Origin: Bythopirellula sp.
GTDB lineage: Bacteria; Planctomycetota; Planctomycetia; Pirellulales; Lacipirellulaceae
Length of the DNA stretch: 64,000 bases
Assembly: GCA_965216565.1 (NCBI GenBank)
Contig: OZ244170.1
Span: forward strand, 2,368,001 to 2,432,000
Direction: 5' to 3'
The notes below the pieces were generated by a model. It was not told where the DNA came from. It did not search any database and worked only from the letters and a program-made list of their open reading frames with translations. Below are positions 1-9,699 of this stretch, piece after piece (within the stretch, counting starts at the first letter, position 1; each line of letters begins with the position of its first letter). The translations under genes and the position numbers were made by a program.

Positions 1-531
1 TGGCGAAAGCTGTTCGATAAAGATGTCCTCACCCGAAAGTGAGCAGACAACCGGCGGACCACAACGTTCGGCAATCATACGAGCCAGTCCGAGCATCATC
101 GAATTCGAGAGGTGCACCACGTCCGGCTTGACTTCGTCAATCAGCCAATCGACGAGGGCTTCCAATTCCTTTAATTGATTGCCACTTTCGCCACGTAGCA
201 TTGAGACAGTCAAATCGCCTAACTGACTAGGATCGACACTGTCGGCCCGCCCCGATAATTGCCGCAGAATGGCAGGATGATCGAGCCAGCGATCTATCCA
301 CCTCGGCAGGTGACGAAACAATTTCCACTTCTGCTGCAGGTAGACGTTGATTCCCCCAAAGAAGACGCGTTGTTCACTGACATCGGATTCGTCGGTTCGG
401 ATTGGGGTATAGATGGGGACTAATACGACGTCCTCGCCCATCTTCAGCATTTGAGCTGCCAAGGTGTTGTCGTGCAGACAACTGCCGCAATACATTCCCG
501 CGGCACCAGCAGCTAGATAGGCGATTCGCAT
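1..531 (-). CDS. Glycosyltransferase family 4 protein (N-terminal part; runs off the window edge)
   Basis: Not in the ORF track. Translated by hand from ATG at 531: MRIAYLAAGAAGMYCGSCLHDNTLAAQMLKMGEDVVLVPIYTPIRTDE..., a GT4-like N-terminus carrying a CGSC motif. Confidence 0.7.
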   Translation of the reverse strand, partial: MRIAYLAAGAAGMYCGSCLHDNTLAAQMLKMGEDVVLVPIYTPIRTDESDVSEQRVFFGGINVYLQQKWKLFRHLPRWIDRWLDHPAILRQLSGRADSVDPSQLGDLTVSMLRGESGNQLKELEALVDWLIDEVKPDVVHLSNSMMLGLARMIAERCGPPVVCSLSGEDIFIEQLSP

Positions 532-579
532 GAGAATGACTAACCACAGAGGCTCGAAGGGCACGGAAACTACTTGATA

Positions 580-2139
580 CTAAGAAGCCTCGGAAAAAAA
601 CTTTTCCAGGGTCGCTGCTTTCGGACGCTTAGTAATCAGAGAGACAGCAACTAATGCAATGGTCGAAGCAGTAAATATGGCGGCTACTGGCATGATTTCG
701 TAAACGCTTTCGCCAAGAGAAATGTTCAGAGAATATGTGCGGTTCTTTCCAAACCCAGATAGGTAGAACAAATAACCCCATGTCGTGGTGGCCGCCAATA
801 TACTGGCAATGGCTCCGGCCTTGGTGAGGCGTTGCCAATAGACAGACGCAAATATGAGAGGAAACAGAGAGGAAAAACCAGAGAAACACCAAACCGCCAA
901 GGCGAACACACTGCGGTTGTTCGAGAGACTCATCAGATAGGTCAGTATGACAATGCAGATGATGAATCCTCGCGTAGTTACCACTTGGCCGCGATCGCTG
1001 AGAGGTTTGCTTCGATAATGGTTCACAACATCAGTACTAAACATGGTCCCCAGACAGAGGAACTGACTATCCAGGCTAGACATGATCGCTGCTAGAATTC
1101 CCGCAGTGAGTAGCCCCCCCAACACCGGCGTGGTTTGGGTTTTGACCAAGAACGGTAGAATCGCGTTTGGATTCTTCGGCAGAGGAGGTGCGGAAGGGAC
1201 CAAACTCGTTGTGGCCCACACTCCTACTAGGACGCAAGGCACCCAGACGATCATGATAAATAGCGGATGAGCCACGACAGGAAGCTTGAATGAGTTGGCA
1301 CTCTTGGCAGTCAACCAATGTTGAAACAAGTGGGGAAACATACCTACGGATAGCGGTATGAGCATATAAGTGAAAAACTTTGTCTTCGACATCTCTACTC
1401 GAGTAGCTTTGTCGAGTGGAATCGCTTCACCGAGTATCTCCAAGTTCTCAAACAGAGTCGACTTGCCACCCAGTTTATTGGCAATCACGCAAAAGGTGAC
1501 AATTCCGAGCACCATGAAGACCATCGTTTGAAAGGCATTGGCCCACGCAGTCCCCCGCATCCCCCCCATAAACACGTAGCAGAGGACAACCAAACAAATT
1601 ACCAACGAACCAATTTGCGGCGGGACACCGCCATGGGTGGCGGGACTATCAGTGGCAAACATCGCCAAATCGGGATACGCGCCGGCTGTCATGCTCTGGA
1701 TGACAATTCCCCCGGACATCACTCCGATCAACAAGTAAGGAATCACCAATCCCACGAGGATAGGAAACAACAGAATCCCGATAAAATCACTGTCGAGCCT
1801 TTCTCGAAAATACTCGATTTGCGTCGTGTAGCCATGCTCTTTCGCAATGGCCCAGACTTTCACCCCGATTAGGAAGAAGCAAAGGGAATGAATAATTCCG
1901 CTTGAGGAGGCTAACATTCCATAGACGCCGATTCCTTCTTTGAATGCTTCGCCGCTCGATCCCACCAAAGCAAAGGCTGTCATCGTCGTTCCGAATAACG
2001 ACATGAGCAACAGGAACGGCCCAATCGAGTGACTCGCTAGTTGGTAATCTGATTTTGTCCCAGAAAAAAACCGACTCGCCACGTAACCCAGTAAGAGCAG
2101 TAATCCCAAATAACCAGCGATAATCCAGAGCTGCGTCAA
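580..2139 (-). CDS. Sodium:solute symporter (SSS) family transporter
   Basis: 519 aa with many TM helices; SSS-like segments GGMRGTAWANAFQ and LAAIMSSLDS. Confidence 0.9.
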   Translation of the reverse strand: MTQLWIIAGYLGLLLLLGYVASRFFSGTKSDYQLASHSIGPFLLLMSLFGTTMTAFALVGSSGEAFKEGIGVYGMLASSSGIIHSLCFFLIGVKVWAIAKEHGYTTQIEYFRERLDSDFIGILLFPILVGLVIPYLLIGVMSGGIVIQSMTAGAYPDLAMFATDSPATHGGVPPQIGSLVICLVVLCYVFMGGMRGTAWANAFQTMVFMVLGIVTFCVIANKLGGKSTLFENLEILGEAIPLDKATRVEMSKTKFFTYMLIPLSVGMFPHLFQHWLTAKSANSFKLPVVAHPLFIMIVWVPCVLVGVWATTSLVPSAPPLPKNPNAILPFLVKTQTTPVLGGLLTAGILAAIMSSLDSQFLCLGTMFSTDVVNHYRSKPLSDRGQVVTTRGFIICIVILTYLMSLSNNRSVFALAVWCFSGFSSLFPLIFASVYWQRLTKAGAIASILAATTTWGYLFYLSGFGKNRTYSLNISLGESVYEIMPVAAIFTASTIALVAVSLITKRPKAATLEKFFSEAS

Positions 2140-2345
2140 TTGCCGCTCCTTTTCGCATCGTCGATCTTAGGCCAATAGAACTTGATCGCCCAAAACCAAA
2201 GTGCACTTGCAGCAATCGAAATACAGGTGTGGTAAAAGAGCCCCACTGGCAGGAAGCCGAAGACCAACCGATCGTCCGTCCAAAACCAATTGTCTTGGTG
2301 CAAGACAATTAGAACTAAGACCATTGCCCACAATTTCACTGGCAT
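2136..2345 (-). CDS. DUF3311-like small membrane protein (SSS partner)
   Basis: MPVKLWAMVLVLIVLHQDNWFWTDDRLVFGFLPVGLFYH...; two TM segments; its stop overlaps the SSS start (TTGA); start trimmed from the ORF track. Confidence 0.7.
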   Translation of the reverse strand: MPVKLWAMVLVLIVLHQDNWFWTDDRLVFGFLPVGLFYHTCISIAASALWFWAIKFYWPKIDDAKRSGN

Positions 2346-2481
2346 CGAAGGTAGATCGCTTGGTTCGGAGGGCCGGGTGGGTCCTAGGACTGAGCCGAAC
2401 GAGAAGTTCGATCGTCCACTACGCTGGTCACAAGCTAGCAGATCAAGCACAAGAATTGAAGACCGGGCCACTCGTGGCCCA

Positions 2482-3720
2482 TTAGTCCGGCAAGCTGCCG
2501 CCGCGATTGCGGATCCAAGGATAAAGATCCTCAAATATTTCTCCGGTGCGGCCACTAAAGACTCGTCCAATCAGCAAATCGACCAACTCTTCCTGATGGT
2601 GCGGAAACTCTTGCAAGAACCGGCCGACGCGAAACTCTCCCGAGTAGAAGGCATGAACAAGCTTTCGAATCAATCCAGTCTGCTTAGAAAACTCGGGCAC
2701 CCATGACCCGAGCGCGTTGGCAGTTGTGTCGTTGTTCTTAATCGCACCAATAATACAATCTGCGGCGAGTTCCCCCGACTTTAACGCGAAGTAAACGCCC
2801 GAAGAATAGACAGGATCAATAAATCCCCAGGCATCTCCCACCAATACCCAACCGTCGCCGGCAGAACGACTGGTCGTATAAGAAAACTCTTTGGCCACCT
2901 TCATTTCGTTAACAGGCTCTGCTTCGTGAAGCCAACAACAAAGTGTGGGACACAATTGCTGCTCTTCTTCAAATACTTGCTGGGGTGTGCCGCGTCCTTT
3001 CAGTAAGTAGTCTCGGTCTCCCACCACGCCGACACTCACCATATTGTTGGACTGAGGAATGTACCAGAACCAGGATTTCTTTTCTGCGGTATGCATAATA
3101 ACTGTCTTCACACCGCCGCCAGCCTCGTCGCGATAGGCTCCGCGATAGTGGCACCAGATGGCTGCTTTTTTCAGATGAGGATTGACGGTACGCAATCCCT
3201 TCTTTGTAGCGACGACCGACTGCTGGCCGCTGGCGTCGACGATCACCTGCGCATAGATTTCTTGAATTTCGCCTGAAGGTACTTGAACCTTCACACCAAC
3301 CGCTCGCTCATCTTTGAAGATCACATCGACCACGCGCGTTCGATCCTGGCAGGTCGCTCCGAGGGACGCCGCATTCTCGAATAACATCTGGTCAAACTCA
3401 GCACGATCTACATGCCAAGTTTGTGTAGATTCGTGCGGATCGTGATTGCGGAAAAAAAACGGTGCCGATTCTTTACCCGCGTCGCTGACAAACTGAACGC
3501 CAACTTTTTGAGACCAAGCACTCTGCTTGAGCCGCTCGAGAACCCCAAGCCGTTGGAAAACCCAATACGTCTCCGGCATCAAGGACTCACCCACATGTTG
3601 GCGGGGCATAGACTCACGTTCGAGCTGAAGAACTTGAAAACCACCTTGGGCAACGAGGGCGGCTGTCGTTGAACCCGCGGGGCCGCCGCCAATGACAATG
3701 CAGTCGTATTGAGAATTCAT
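2482..3720 (-). CDS. FAD-dependent oxidoreductase, flavin-dependent halogenase-like
   Basis: GGGPAG FAD motif, WFWYIP (WxWxIP), FIDPVYSSG (FxxPxxSxG), and a Lys in QKVG at about the catalytic-Lys position. Confidence 0.75.
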   Translation of the reverse strand: MNSQYDCIVIGGGPAGSTTAALVAQGGFQVLQLERESMPRQHVGESLMPETYWVFQRLGVLERLKQSAWSQKVGVQFVSDAGKESAPFFFRNHDPHESTQTWHVDRAEFDQMLFENAASLGATCQDRTRVVDVIFKDERAVGVKVQVPSGEIQEIYAQVIVDASGQQSVVATKKGLRTVNPHLKKAAIWCHYRGAYRDEAGGGVKTVIMHTAEKKSWFWYIPQSNNMVSVGVVGDRDYLLKGRGTPQQVFEEEQQLCPTLCCWLHEAEPVNEMKVAKEFSYTTSRSAGDGWVLVGDAWGFIDPVYSSGVYFALKSGELAADCIIGAIKNNDTTANALGSWVPEFSKQTGLIRKLVHAFYSGEFRVGRFLQEFPHHQEELVDLLIGRVFSGRTGEIFEDLYPWIRNRGGSLPD

Positions 3721-3742
3721 GAGAAATGTGTACCGGCGCCAG

Positions 3743-4267
3743 TCATGAGAGGGCGATTTCCAGTAACTCCACCAGAACTTCGCCCTCCATCAATATCCTA
3801 GCAGTGCGACCAAAAACGGGAACCTCCGGATTGCACAAGAGATGGGTCTGCAACTCCTCCCCCGGTTGGACACGCCAGAGCTGGCACAATTCAACTTCTC
3901 GCAACAAATGATGACGAATCATGATTCGCCCTAAGGGCAATGCGCGCGATTCAATCTCCATACGAACAATTTCTGGCAGGCTAGCCAGATTAATCCGCAT
4001 GATCCCAAATTGCACAGGAGTTCCGTCGCGTTGGCGAGTTAAAACGATCCGCCGCGCGTATTTGTCCTTTTCTTGGACGGCTTCCAAGACATGAACGTCA
4101 ACCAAGCTATTGTGCCAGGCCTCGACGGTCACCGTCATATGATCAGTATGAGCTAGGAGTGAGGCGTACTGCTGTGATAGCTCGTCAGCCTCGACAGGCG
4201 TGAACTCTCCCACCTTATCGCGGGAAGAATAAAACTGCTTGATTAATGAGTCGAGTTGATCGTCCAC
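3743..4267 (-). CDS. Chorismate-pyruvate-lyase (UbiC/UTRA-fold)-like protein
   Basis: 174 aa; HMTVTVE, YARRIVL, ALPLGRIM and FGRTARI segments match the UbiC-like pattern. Confidence 0.55.
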   Translation of the reverse strand: MDDQLDSLIKQFYSSRDKVGEFTPVEADELSQQYASLLAHTDHMTVTVEAWHNSLVDVHVLEAVQEKDKYARRIVLTRQRDGTPVQFGIMRINLASLPEIVRMEIESRALPLGRIMIRHHLLREVELCQLWRVQPGEELQTHLLCNPEVPVFGRTARILMEGEVLVELLEIALS

Positions 4268-4338
4268 AATTCATCACAAGGGGGGAAGTAATCGGTGATC
4301 CAACCACTTAGACCATGTGGTTGAAGATTGAAACCAGT

Positions 4339-6225
4339 CTAAGTGGGAAGCGTTGGTTGAATGATGTTCAGTTGCGCTTCGGCAGGCCGTTCTAGTACCG
4401 TATCGACCAAATAGTAGAGTAAGCGACGAAGATTGTCTGGCGAAGTATCATCGGCAATTCGTTCGGCGCGTTCCTGGTACTTGTCGACTAAGGCATTGGC
4501 TTTTTCGAATACATCGGCTTGGCGGTAAAGGTGCTCGACTCGCGACAAGCGTTTCGTTGAATCTTCGGTTGAGTTGGCTAGCTCGATTAATTCCTGCTGA
4601 TCTGCGTTGGACAATTCTTCCAAGGCTAGGGCCCACAGTAGGGTGGGGCGACCCGCCAGTGCATCGAGCCCCGCAGCCAGCTTATTGTCTTGATCTCCCT
4701 GCCAATCTTTTAAGTCGTTGAGAATCTGAAATGCGATGCCCATGTACTTGGAAAACTGCTTCATCGGCTCGGCCAATTCACCCAACGGACCGGCACAGCG
4801 AAGTCCTCCCAGCAAAGCAGCTTCAAATGCTGGGGCCGTCTTAAGGGCATAGATTTTCAAGGCATCCAGAGGCGCGAGACGTTTGTCGTGCGAGTCTCTC
4901 CACAACAGTTCCGCGCCCTGACCCTCCGACAACCGCAAATGGGCATCCGCCAATTGGTCTAGTACGTCGCAAACCACTTCCGTCCCCAAGCTGCCCGATT
5001 CTCGACTGACAAGACGATATCCCAAACCGATCATGTAATCGCCGACATTGATGGCCGTGGACACTCCATGTTGACGATGGAGTGTTGGATTTCCATAGCG
5101 GAACTCATCGCCATCCTCGATGTCATCGTGCACCAGCGAAGCTTTGTGAAATGTTTCGATCGACAGAGCCACGCGGCGGACAGCGTCTGGTAGTTCGGCC
5201 AAATGCTCGGCCCCGGTGGGCAGCGTCCCTTCGCCGCCGGTCATCGCATCGTAAGCGGCCAGGGTGATGAAAGGCCGGGCATATTTGCCGCCTTGGCCAA
5301 GAAAATCTTGAGAGATCGTCTCCGTAGCGGCGATGGGATCGAGTCCAGCGGCGCCCTGACCATTGACTTCAACCAGGCTAGGTCCGCCCCGCTGTCGGGG
5401 AGCCAATCGCTGAAGGGTCGCGGGTTCAAACAGTCCTTTCGCTTCTCTCAACAAATGTAAATACGTGCTGCTCCGTTTCGGTGCCTGATCTTGTCGCACA
5501 TGAATCATCTCGTGTACCCAGTCTTCATCCACAGACGTATTTCGACAATCGCTGGAGAGAAGCGGCACCGCCATGCAAGGAATGCCAGCCAGGAGTACCT
5601 TGTCGATGGCTTTCTCAAGCACATTCAAGCAAGCCACGCCGACGATGGCATCGACATAGCCGCTGACAATGATTTTCATCACGATGGGAGAGCCTTCGGC
5701 CACAAGCACCTTGTAGCCCATCTCTTCGCCGATTGTTCGATAGTCGGCAATGCTGCATGCCCCACACTGCTTGCAGTCGAGGCCAAACTGATCGTAATCG
5801 GCCGGACAACCCTCGGCATGCTTCAGACAATGGGGTAGCAGGAGCAAACGACGCGAAGGCGGGACCGCAGCAACTTGATCTCGCCAAAACTCCGAGGCGA
5901 GCACCACCATCGTCCAACCGAGCAGTCCCTCGGGGAGTTCGAGTTCGTCGAGAATCTTTCGAGAAACCCACTCCAGGTCGTCCTTGGTGGGTGAAAGATC
6001 GGCGTCCATCTGCCGCGACACTTGTTGGCAGTGCTCGCGGAGGCGAACTCGTAGCTCCAGAGATTCCGGAACATCCTTAAGATGACTCGTGCGGCGACGA
6101 TTGCCACGGGCAGTCGAGTTAGCAGCCCGCCCCGTGGCAGACTGACTGGGGAGGGTCAGCTTATCAGACAACAACGACACCAACTCCTCCTTTCCGTTCG
6201 AACGTCGTCTCGTGCCCTGTTTCAA
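4339..6225 (-). CDS. DUF116 domain fused to a polyprenyl diphosphate synthase
   Basis: Cys-rich DUF116-like part (LLPHCLK, CKQCGACSI, GVAC); trans-IPPS part with GGKYARP, LVHDDIED, GQGAEL, KTA and ILNDLKD. Confidence 0.85.
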   Translation of the reverse strand: MKQGTRRRSNGKEELVSLLSDKLTLPSQSATGRAANSTARGNRRRTSHLKDVPESLELRVRLREHCQQVSRQMDADLSPTKDDLEWVSRKILDELELPEGLLGWTMVVLASEFWRDQVAAVPPSRRLLLLPHCLKHAEGCPADYDQFGLDCKQCGACSIADYRTIGEEMGYKVLVAEGSPIVMKIIVSGYVDAIVGVACLNVLEKAIDKVLLAGIPCMAVPLLSSDCRNTSVDEDWVHEMIHVRQDQAPKRSSTYLHLLREAKGLFEPATLQRLAPRQRGGPSLVEVNGQGAAGLDPIAATETISQDFLGQGGKYARPFITLAAYDAMTGGEGTLPTGAEHLAELPDAVRRVALSIETFHKASLVHDDIEDGDEFRYGNPTLHRQHGVSTAINVGDYMIGLGYRLVSRESGSLGTEVVCDVLDQLADAHLRLSEGQGAELLWRDSHDKRLAPLDALKIYALKTAPAFEAALLGGLRCAGPLGELAEPMKQFSKYMGIAFQILNDLKDWQGDQDNKLAAGLDALAGRPTLLWALALEELSNADQQELIELANSTEDSTKRLSRVEHLYRQADVFEKANALVDKYQERAERIADDTSPDNLRRLLYYLVDTVLERPAEAQLNIIQPTLPT

Positions 6226-6302
6226 TCGTGGGCTAAATCCAGCGAATCGGCCTCATCACAGATCCGCCTCAAGTTTCCATCGTTAGCATAGCAAAACTAG
6301 GG

Positions 6303-8255
6303 TCAAACTGCACTCGAAACCCTTGTCTTCTCTGCTTCCTGCGTTAGTTCTCGCCTGGCTCGGGCTAAGGCGCTCGAGGCAAAAATAAGCGGATACAGAC
6401 GCTCATAATACCACAACTTGGCGAAGTAGAAACCTATGGGGGCAGGCTCTTTGTGACGGTTCTGCTCGACGGCGTCGATCAACCAGGAGACTCCATGCTC
6501 GACGGCAGTTCGGAATTCCGGCTGGCGATCCACGAAAGGCAACAATGCCTCGATGGCCAGGGCGGTTTCTTCCACGCTGGGTGCAATTCCAGATTCGTTC
6601 ATTTGCTTGAGCAAAATTGGCTTCTTAGGCAAAGCGGTGCCCCAGGCGCCACTCGCATGCTGAACACTCGCCAGCCACTTGGCCGCACGCACCGCCATCT
6701 CTGTGTCGCACCATCCCAGGTCTCGGCACATCTGCAGCACTTTGGAAGTCCCATAGACAGGATTCTGTTCGGCCATGTGATGTTGATTGCCAAACCACAA
6801 GGGCAGGAAGCTACCGTCTGTTTGTTGCTGGCGTCCAAGATATTGAGATCCCAACGAGACAGCGCTGGAAACTCGCCGTGCGAATGGCTTGTTGGATTGT
6901 GAAAGATTGAGCAGAAGCTTCCAAGTGTTGAGCGCTCGCATGGCGTGGGCGGTGATATCGGTGCTGCTGCGGTCAAATGGCAATCGCCCCCAGCCCCGGC
7001 AGAAGGTCGGCCAACCGCCATCCTTATTCTGTATTTCCAAGAGCCACTTCACGCCAGCTCGGGCAGCAGTTTTGATTTCCGAGTCGCGAATCTCAGGCCA
7101 CCGACGGTTCCAAGCTGCCAAGGCTAGTAAGGCAGCCGCCGTATCGTCTGCATCGGGGATCCCACCGGACAGATCGGTCCAAGCCCAGCCACCTGGCAGC
7201 GCTCCCGTCGCTCTATGAATCTCCTGATGTTGACACGAAAGCAACCAATCAAGCGATTGGTGCGCCTCGGCCGAGGGTCCTCCCGTTTGGTAAGCATCGT
7301 CCTCCAGCTTCCAGTTGAGCGCTGTCAGCGTCTGGGAACTGTTCCAGGTAGCAAGATTGGAATCAATAGGCCAACTTCCATCTTCCCGGACCGAAGAGAG
7401 CAAGAATCGCACCCCGCGCCGTACCACCGGATGTTCGACCAGTCCCATACTCGAAAGACTCATCACTACAAAGCTTGTCAGCGGCGTGGCTTCCAGGAAA
7501 CCTCCCGAAGCGGGTTGCATTTCGTTCAGGATTTCCAAGCTGCGATTCTTGGCCGCAGTGCGTAACCAGCGCACTAATGGGTTGCGAGGCGCTGCGTGGT
7601 GAAAGCGAGCTTGCCCAATTGCTACCAGAGCCGGCAGGGCATAGCTGACGACTGGTAAATTCAAATGATGATAGAGTCGCTGCGGCAGGCAGGCCAGTTC
7701 AAAAGGCAACGCGGGAACCTTGCGCCACGGCACCATATCTGCAAGTGCACAGTTGGTAAGAATCGGTACCGCGAAGGTCTTGTCGCCGGCGTATCGCTGC
7801 TTGAGCGCCGGCAGACCTCCCTGAGCCGCGACATATTGTGCGGCTCGCGCCATCAGATCGTTGTACTTGGCTGGCACACCCGTTAGCTGAAATGCCGCCT
7901 GAACCAACATCGTGGTTGCGATATTCGACAGGCTTTGATCAGTATCGCCCCAGCCGCCATCCTCATTTTGTTGCCCAGCCAGCCAGTGCAACGAATGAAC
8001 GATTAGCTCGCTCAAATCTCCCTGATAAATTTCGTGGAGACTATCCTCAGAGCTTCCAGGAGAATAGGCAGGCAACCCGCAGCTTGTGCCATTCTGTTCC
8101 GCTAACACCAGTGCGCTGATGGCTGTAGCCGTAGAGAGCGGTGAACTCGACAGACGACCAGCCCAAAATCCGCGCGCATTTCGCTCCTCGAGCAGGTCAT
8201 TGCGAACAGATAGATGGGCGGCAGCTAACCGCTCAGTATCAACAGGGGAAGTCAT
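6303..8255 (-). CDS. Squalene-hopene cyclase-like class II terpene cyclase (prenyltransferase/squalene oxidase repeats)
   Basis: DADDTA (DxDD) motif; QW repeats QNEDGGWG, QPASGGF, REDGSW, QNKDGGW, QTDGSF, QHASGAW; ATG at 8255 chosen as start. Confidence 0.85.
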   Translation of the reverse strand: MTSPVDTERLAAAHLSVRNDLLEERNARGFWAGRLSSSPLSTATAISALVLAEQNGTSCGLPAYSPGSSEDSLHEIYQGDLSELIVHSLHWLAGQQNEDGGWGDTDQSLSNIATTMLVQAAFQLTGVPAKYNDLMARAAQYVAAQGGLPALKQRYAGDKTFAVPILTNCALADMVPWRKVPALPFELACLPQRLYHHLNLPVVSYALPALVAIGQARFHHAAPRNPLVRWLRTAAKNRSLEILNEMQPASGGFLEATPLTSFVVMSLSSMGLVEHPVVRRGVRFLLSSVREDGSWPIDSNLATWNSSQTLTALNWKLEDDAYQTGGPSAEAHQSLDWLLSCQHQEIHRATGALPGGWAWTDLSGGIPDADDTAAALLALAAWNRRWPEIRDSEIKTAARAGVKWLLEIQNKDGGWPTFCRGWGRLPFDRSSTDITAHAMRALNTWKLLLNLSQSNKPFARRVSSAVSLGSQYLGRQQQTDGSFLPLWFGNQHHMAEQNPVYGTSKVLQMCRDLGWCDTEMAVRAAKWLASVQHASGAWGTALPKKPILLKQMNESGIAPSVEETALAIEALLPFVDRQPEFRTAVEHGVSWLIDAVEQNRHKEPAPIGFYFAKLWYYERLYPLIFASSALARARRELTQEAEKTRVSSAV

Positions 8256-8453
8256 CGAGCCGACTGGCTCCGGGGTTGGTGGGGCAGCCGAACCAACCGG
8301 TCCGACGCAAATCAAATTTTAAGTGCAGTAGCCCAACGTGTCGAGTGCCGCGACCGCCAGCAATCGGGGGGGAAACCTTTCTGCCGCTAGTTTGATAGGC
8401 CCAAAACAGGCATAATATTTTGTATCAAAATCGTCCAAACCCAATAGGGCCGC

Positions 8454-9686
8454 ATGTATCTCCGCTACGCCAAAAGATTGCTGACCGAAACAGATAAACG
8501 GCTCCTTTGGAAGTTGACCTGGAATTTCGCGTACAAGGGCGCACGAGCCATCGGTAAGCATAAGCGCCGCCTCGCACGGGGGGAATTCTTCCCACCCTTC
8601 TTGTACATTTCGATCATCAATAGCTGCAATCTTCGCTGCCAGGGTTGCTGGGTGGATGTCGCTGCCAAACAGGAGAAGATTGAAGTCGATGCGCTGTCGC
8701 GCGTCATTACCGAAGCAAACGCGGCGGGGAACTACTTCTTCGGCATCGTCGGTGGCGAACCGTTTATGCATGCCGACATCCTCGAAATCTTTCGCCGGCA
8801 TCCAGACTGCTATTTCCAAGTCTTCACCAACGGGCATTTCATCACGCCCGAGGTCGCTGCGGAGCTGCGCAAATGTGGTAATGTCACGCCGCTGATTAGT
8901 GTCGAAGGCACAGAAATTGTGAGCGATGAGCGACGCGGCGGTGCCGATGTGCTCAACAAAACTATGCAGGGCATCCACAACTGTATCGAACACCGCGTCA
9001 TTACCGGCGTTTGCACGAGCGTTTGTAAAACGAATCTCGACGATCTGGTGAACGAGGCGTGGGTCGATCGCTTGATCGAGCTGGGCGTGCTGTACATGTG
9101 GTACCACACCTATCGACCCATGGGACCAGAGGCCGCGCCGGAACTGGCGTTGTCGCCGGAGGAGCAAGTTCGGATCCGACGCTTTGTGGTCGAGATGCGT
9201 TGCCGCAAACCGATCGGTATTATCGATGCCTACTACGACGCGGGCGGTCAGGCATTGTGCCCCGCCGCTACCGGTTTCACGCACCACATCAGCCCCTGGG
9301 GCGACATCGAGCCGTGCCCCATCGTGCAATTTGCCAAGGATTCGATTTACGACGAGCGCCCCTTGGCCGACACGTTTAACAATTCGGAGTTTTTGAAAGA
9401 CTTCCGCGAACTCGCCGCCTCGCAAACCCGTGGCTGCATCGTGCTCGAGCGCCCCGACCTGCTACACGAGCTAACAGTCCTTCACGGTGCCCGCGATACC
9501 ACAGCCCGTCAGAGCGCCGTTGGGGAACTGCAATCGATGCATCCCCGCCCCTCACAATACAACGTGCAGGAGCAAGTCCCCGAAAAAAGCTGGGCATACC
9601 GCTTCGCCAAACGGCACTTCTTCAACGACTTCGGAGCTTATGATGCGCCCCAGAATCCAATCGATCGTCTTACCCAGAACGCTTAA
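8454..9686 (+). CDS. Radical SAM/SPASM(twitch) domain protein
   Basis: CNLRCQGC, GGEPF, FTNG; C-terminal CPAA...GDIEPCP...GC. Confidence 0.9.
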   Translation: MYLRYAKRLLTETDKRLLWKLTWNFAYKGARAIGKHKRRLARGEFFPPFLYISIINSCNLRCQGCWVDVAAKQEKIEVDALSRVITEANAAGNYFFGIVGGEPFMHADILEIFRRHPDCYFQVFTNGHFITPEVAAELRKCGNVTPLISVEGTEIVSDERRGGADVLNKTMQGIHNCIEHRVITGVCTSVCKTNLDDLVNEAWVDRLIELGVLYMWYHTYRPMGPEAAPELALSPEEQVRIRRFVVEMRCRKPIGIIDAYYDAGGQALCPAATGFTHHISPWGDIEPCPIVQFAKDSIYDERPLADTFNNSEFLKDFRELAASQTRGCIVLERPDLLHELTVLHGARDTTARQSAVGELQSMHPRPSQYNVQEQVPEKSWAYRFAKRHFFNDFGAYDAPQNPIDRLTQNA

Positions 9687-9699
9687 AACGACTTTCTAG

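Noticed and set aside
6303..8255. Calling the cyclase shc/hpnF (hopanoid synthesis)
   Set aside because: No hpn context in the window and the substrate is uncertain, so the symbol is withheld
8319..9425. 368 aa minus-strand ORF
   Set aside because: Antisense shadow of the radical SAM gene; no recognisable motifs
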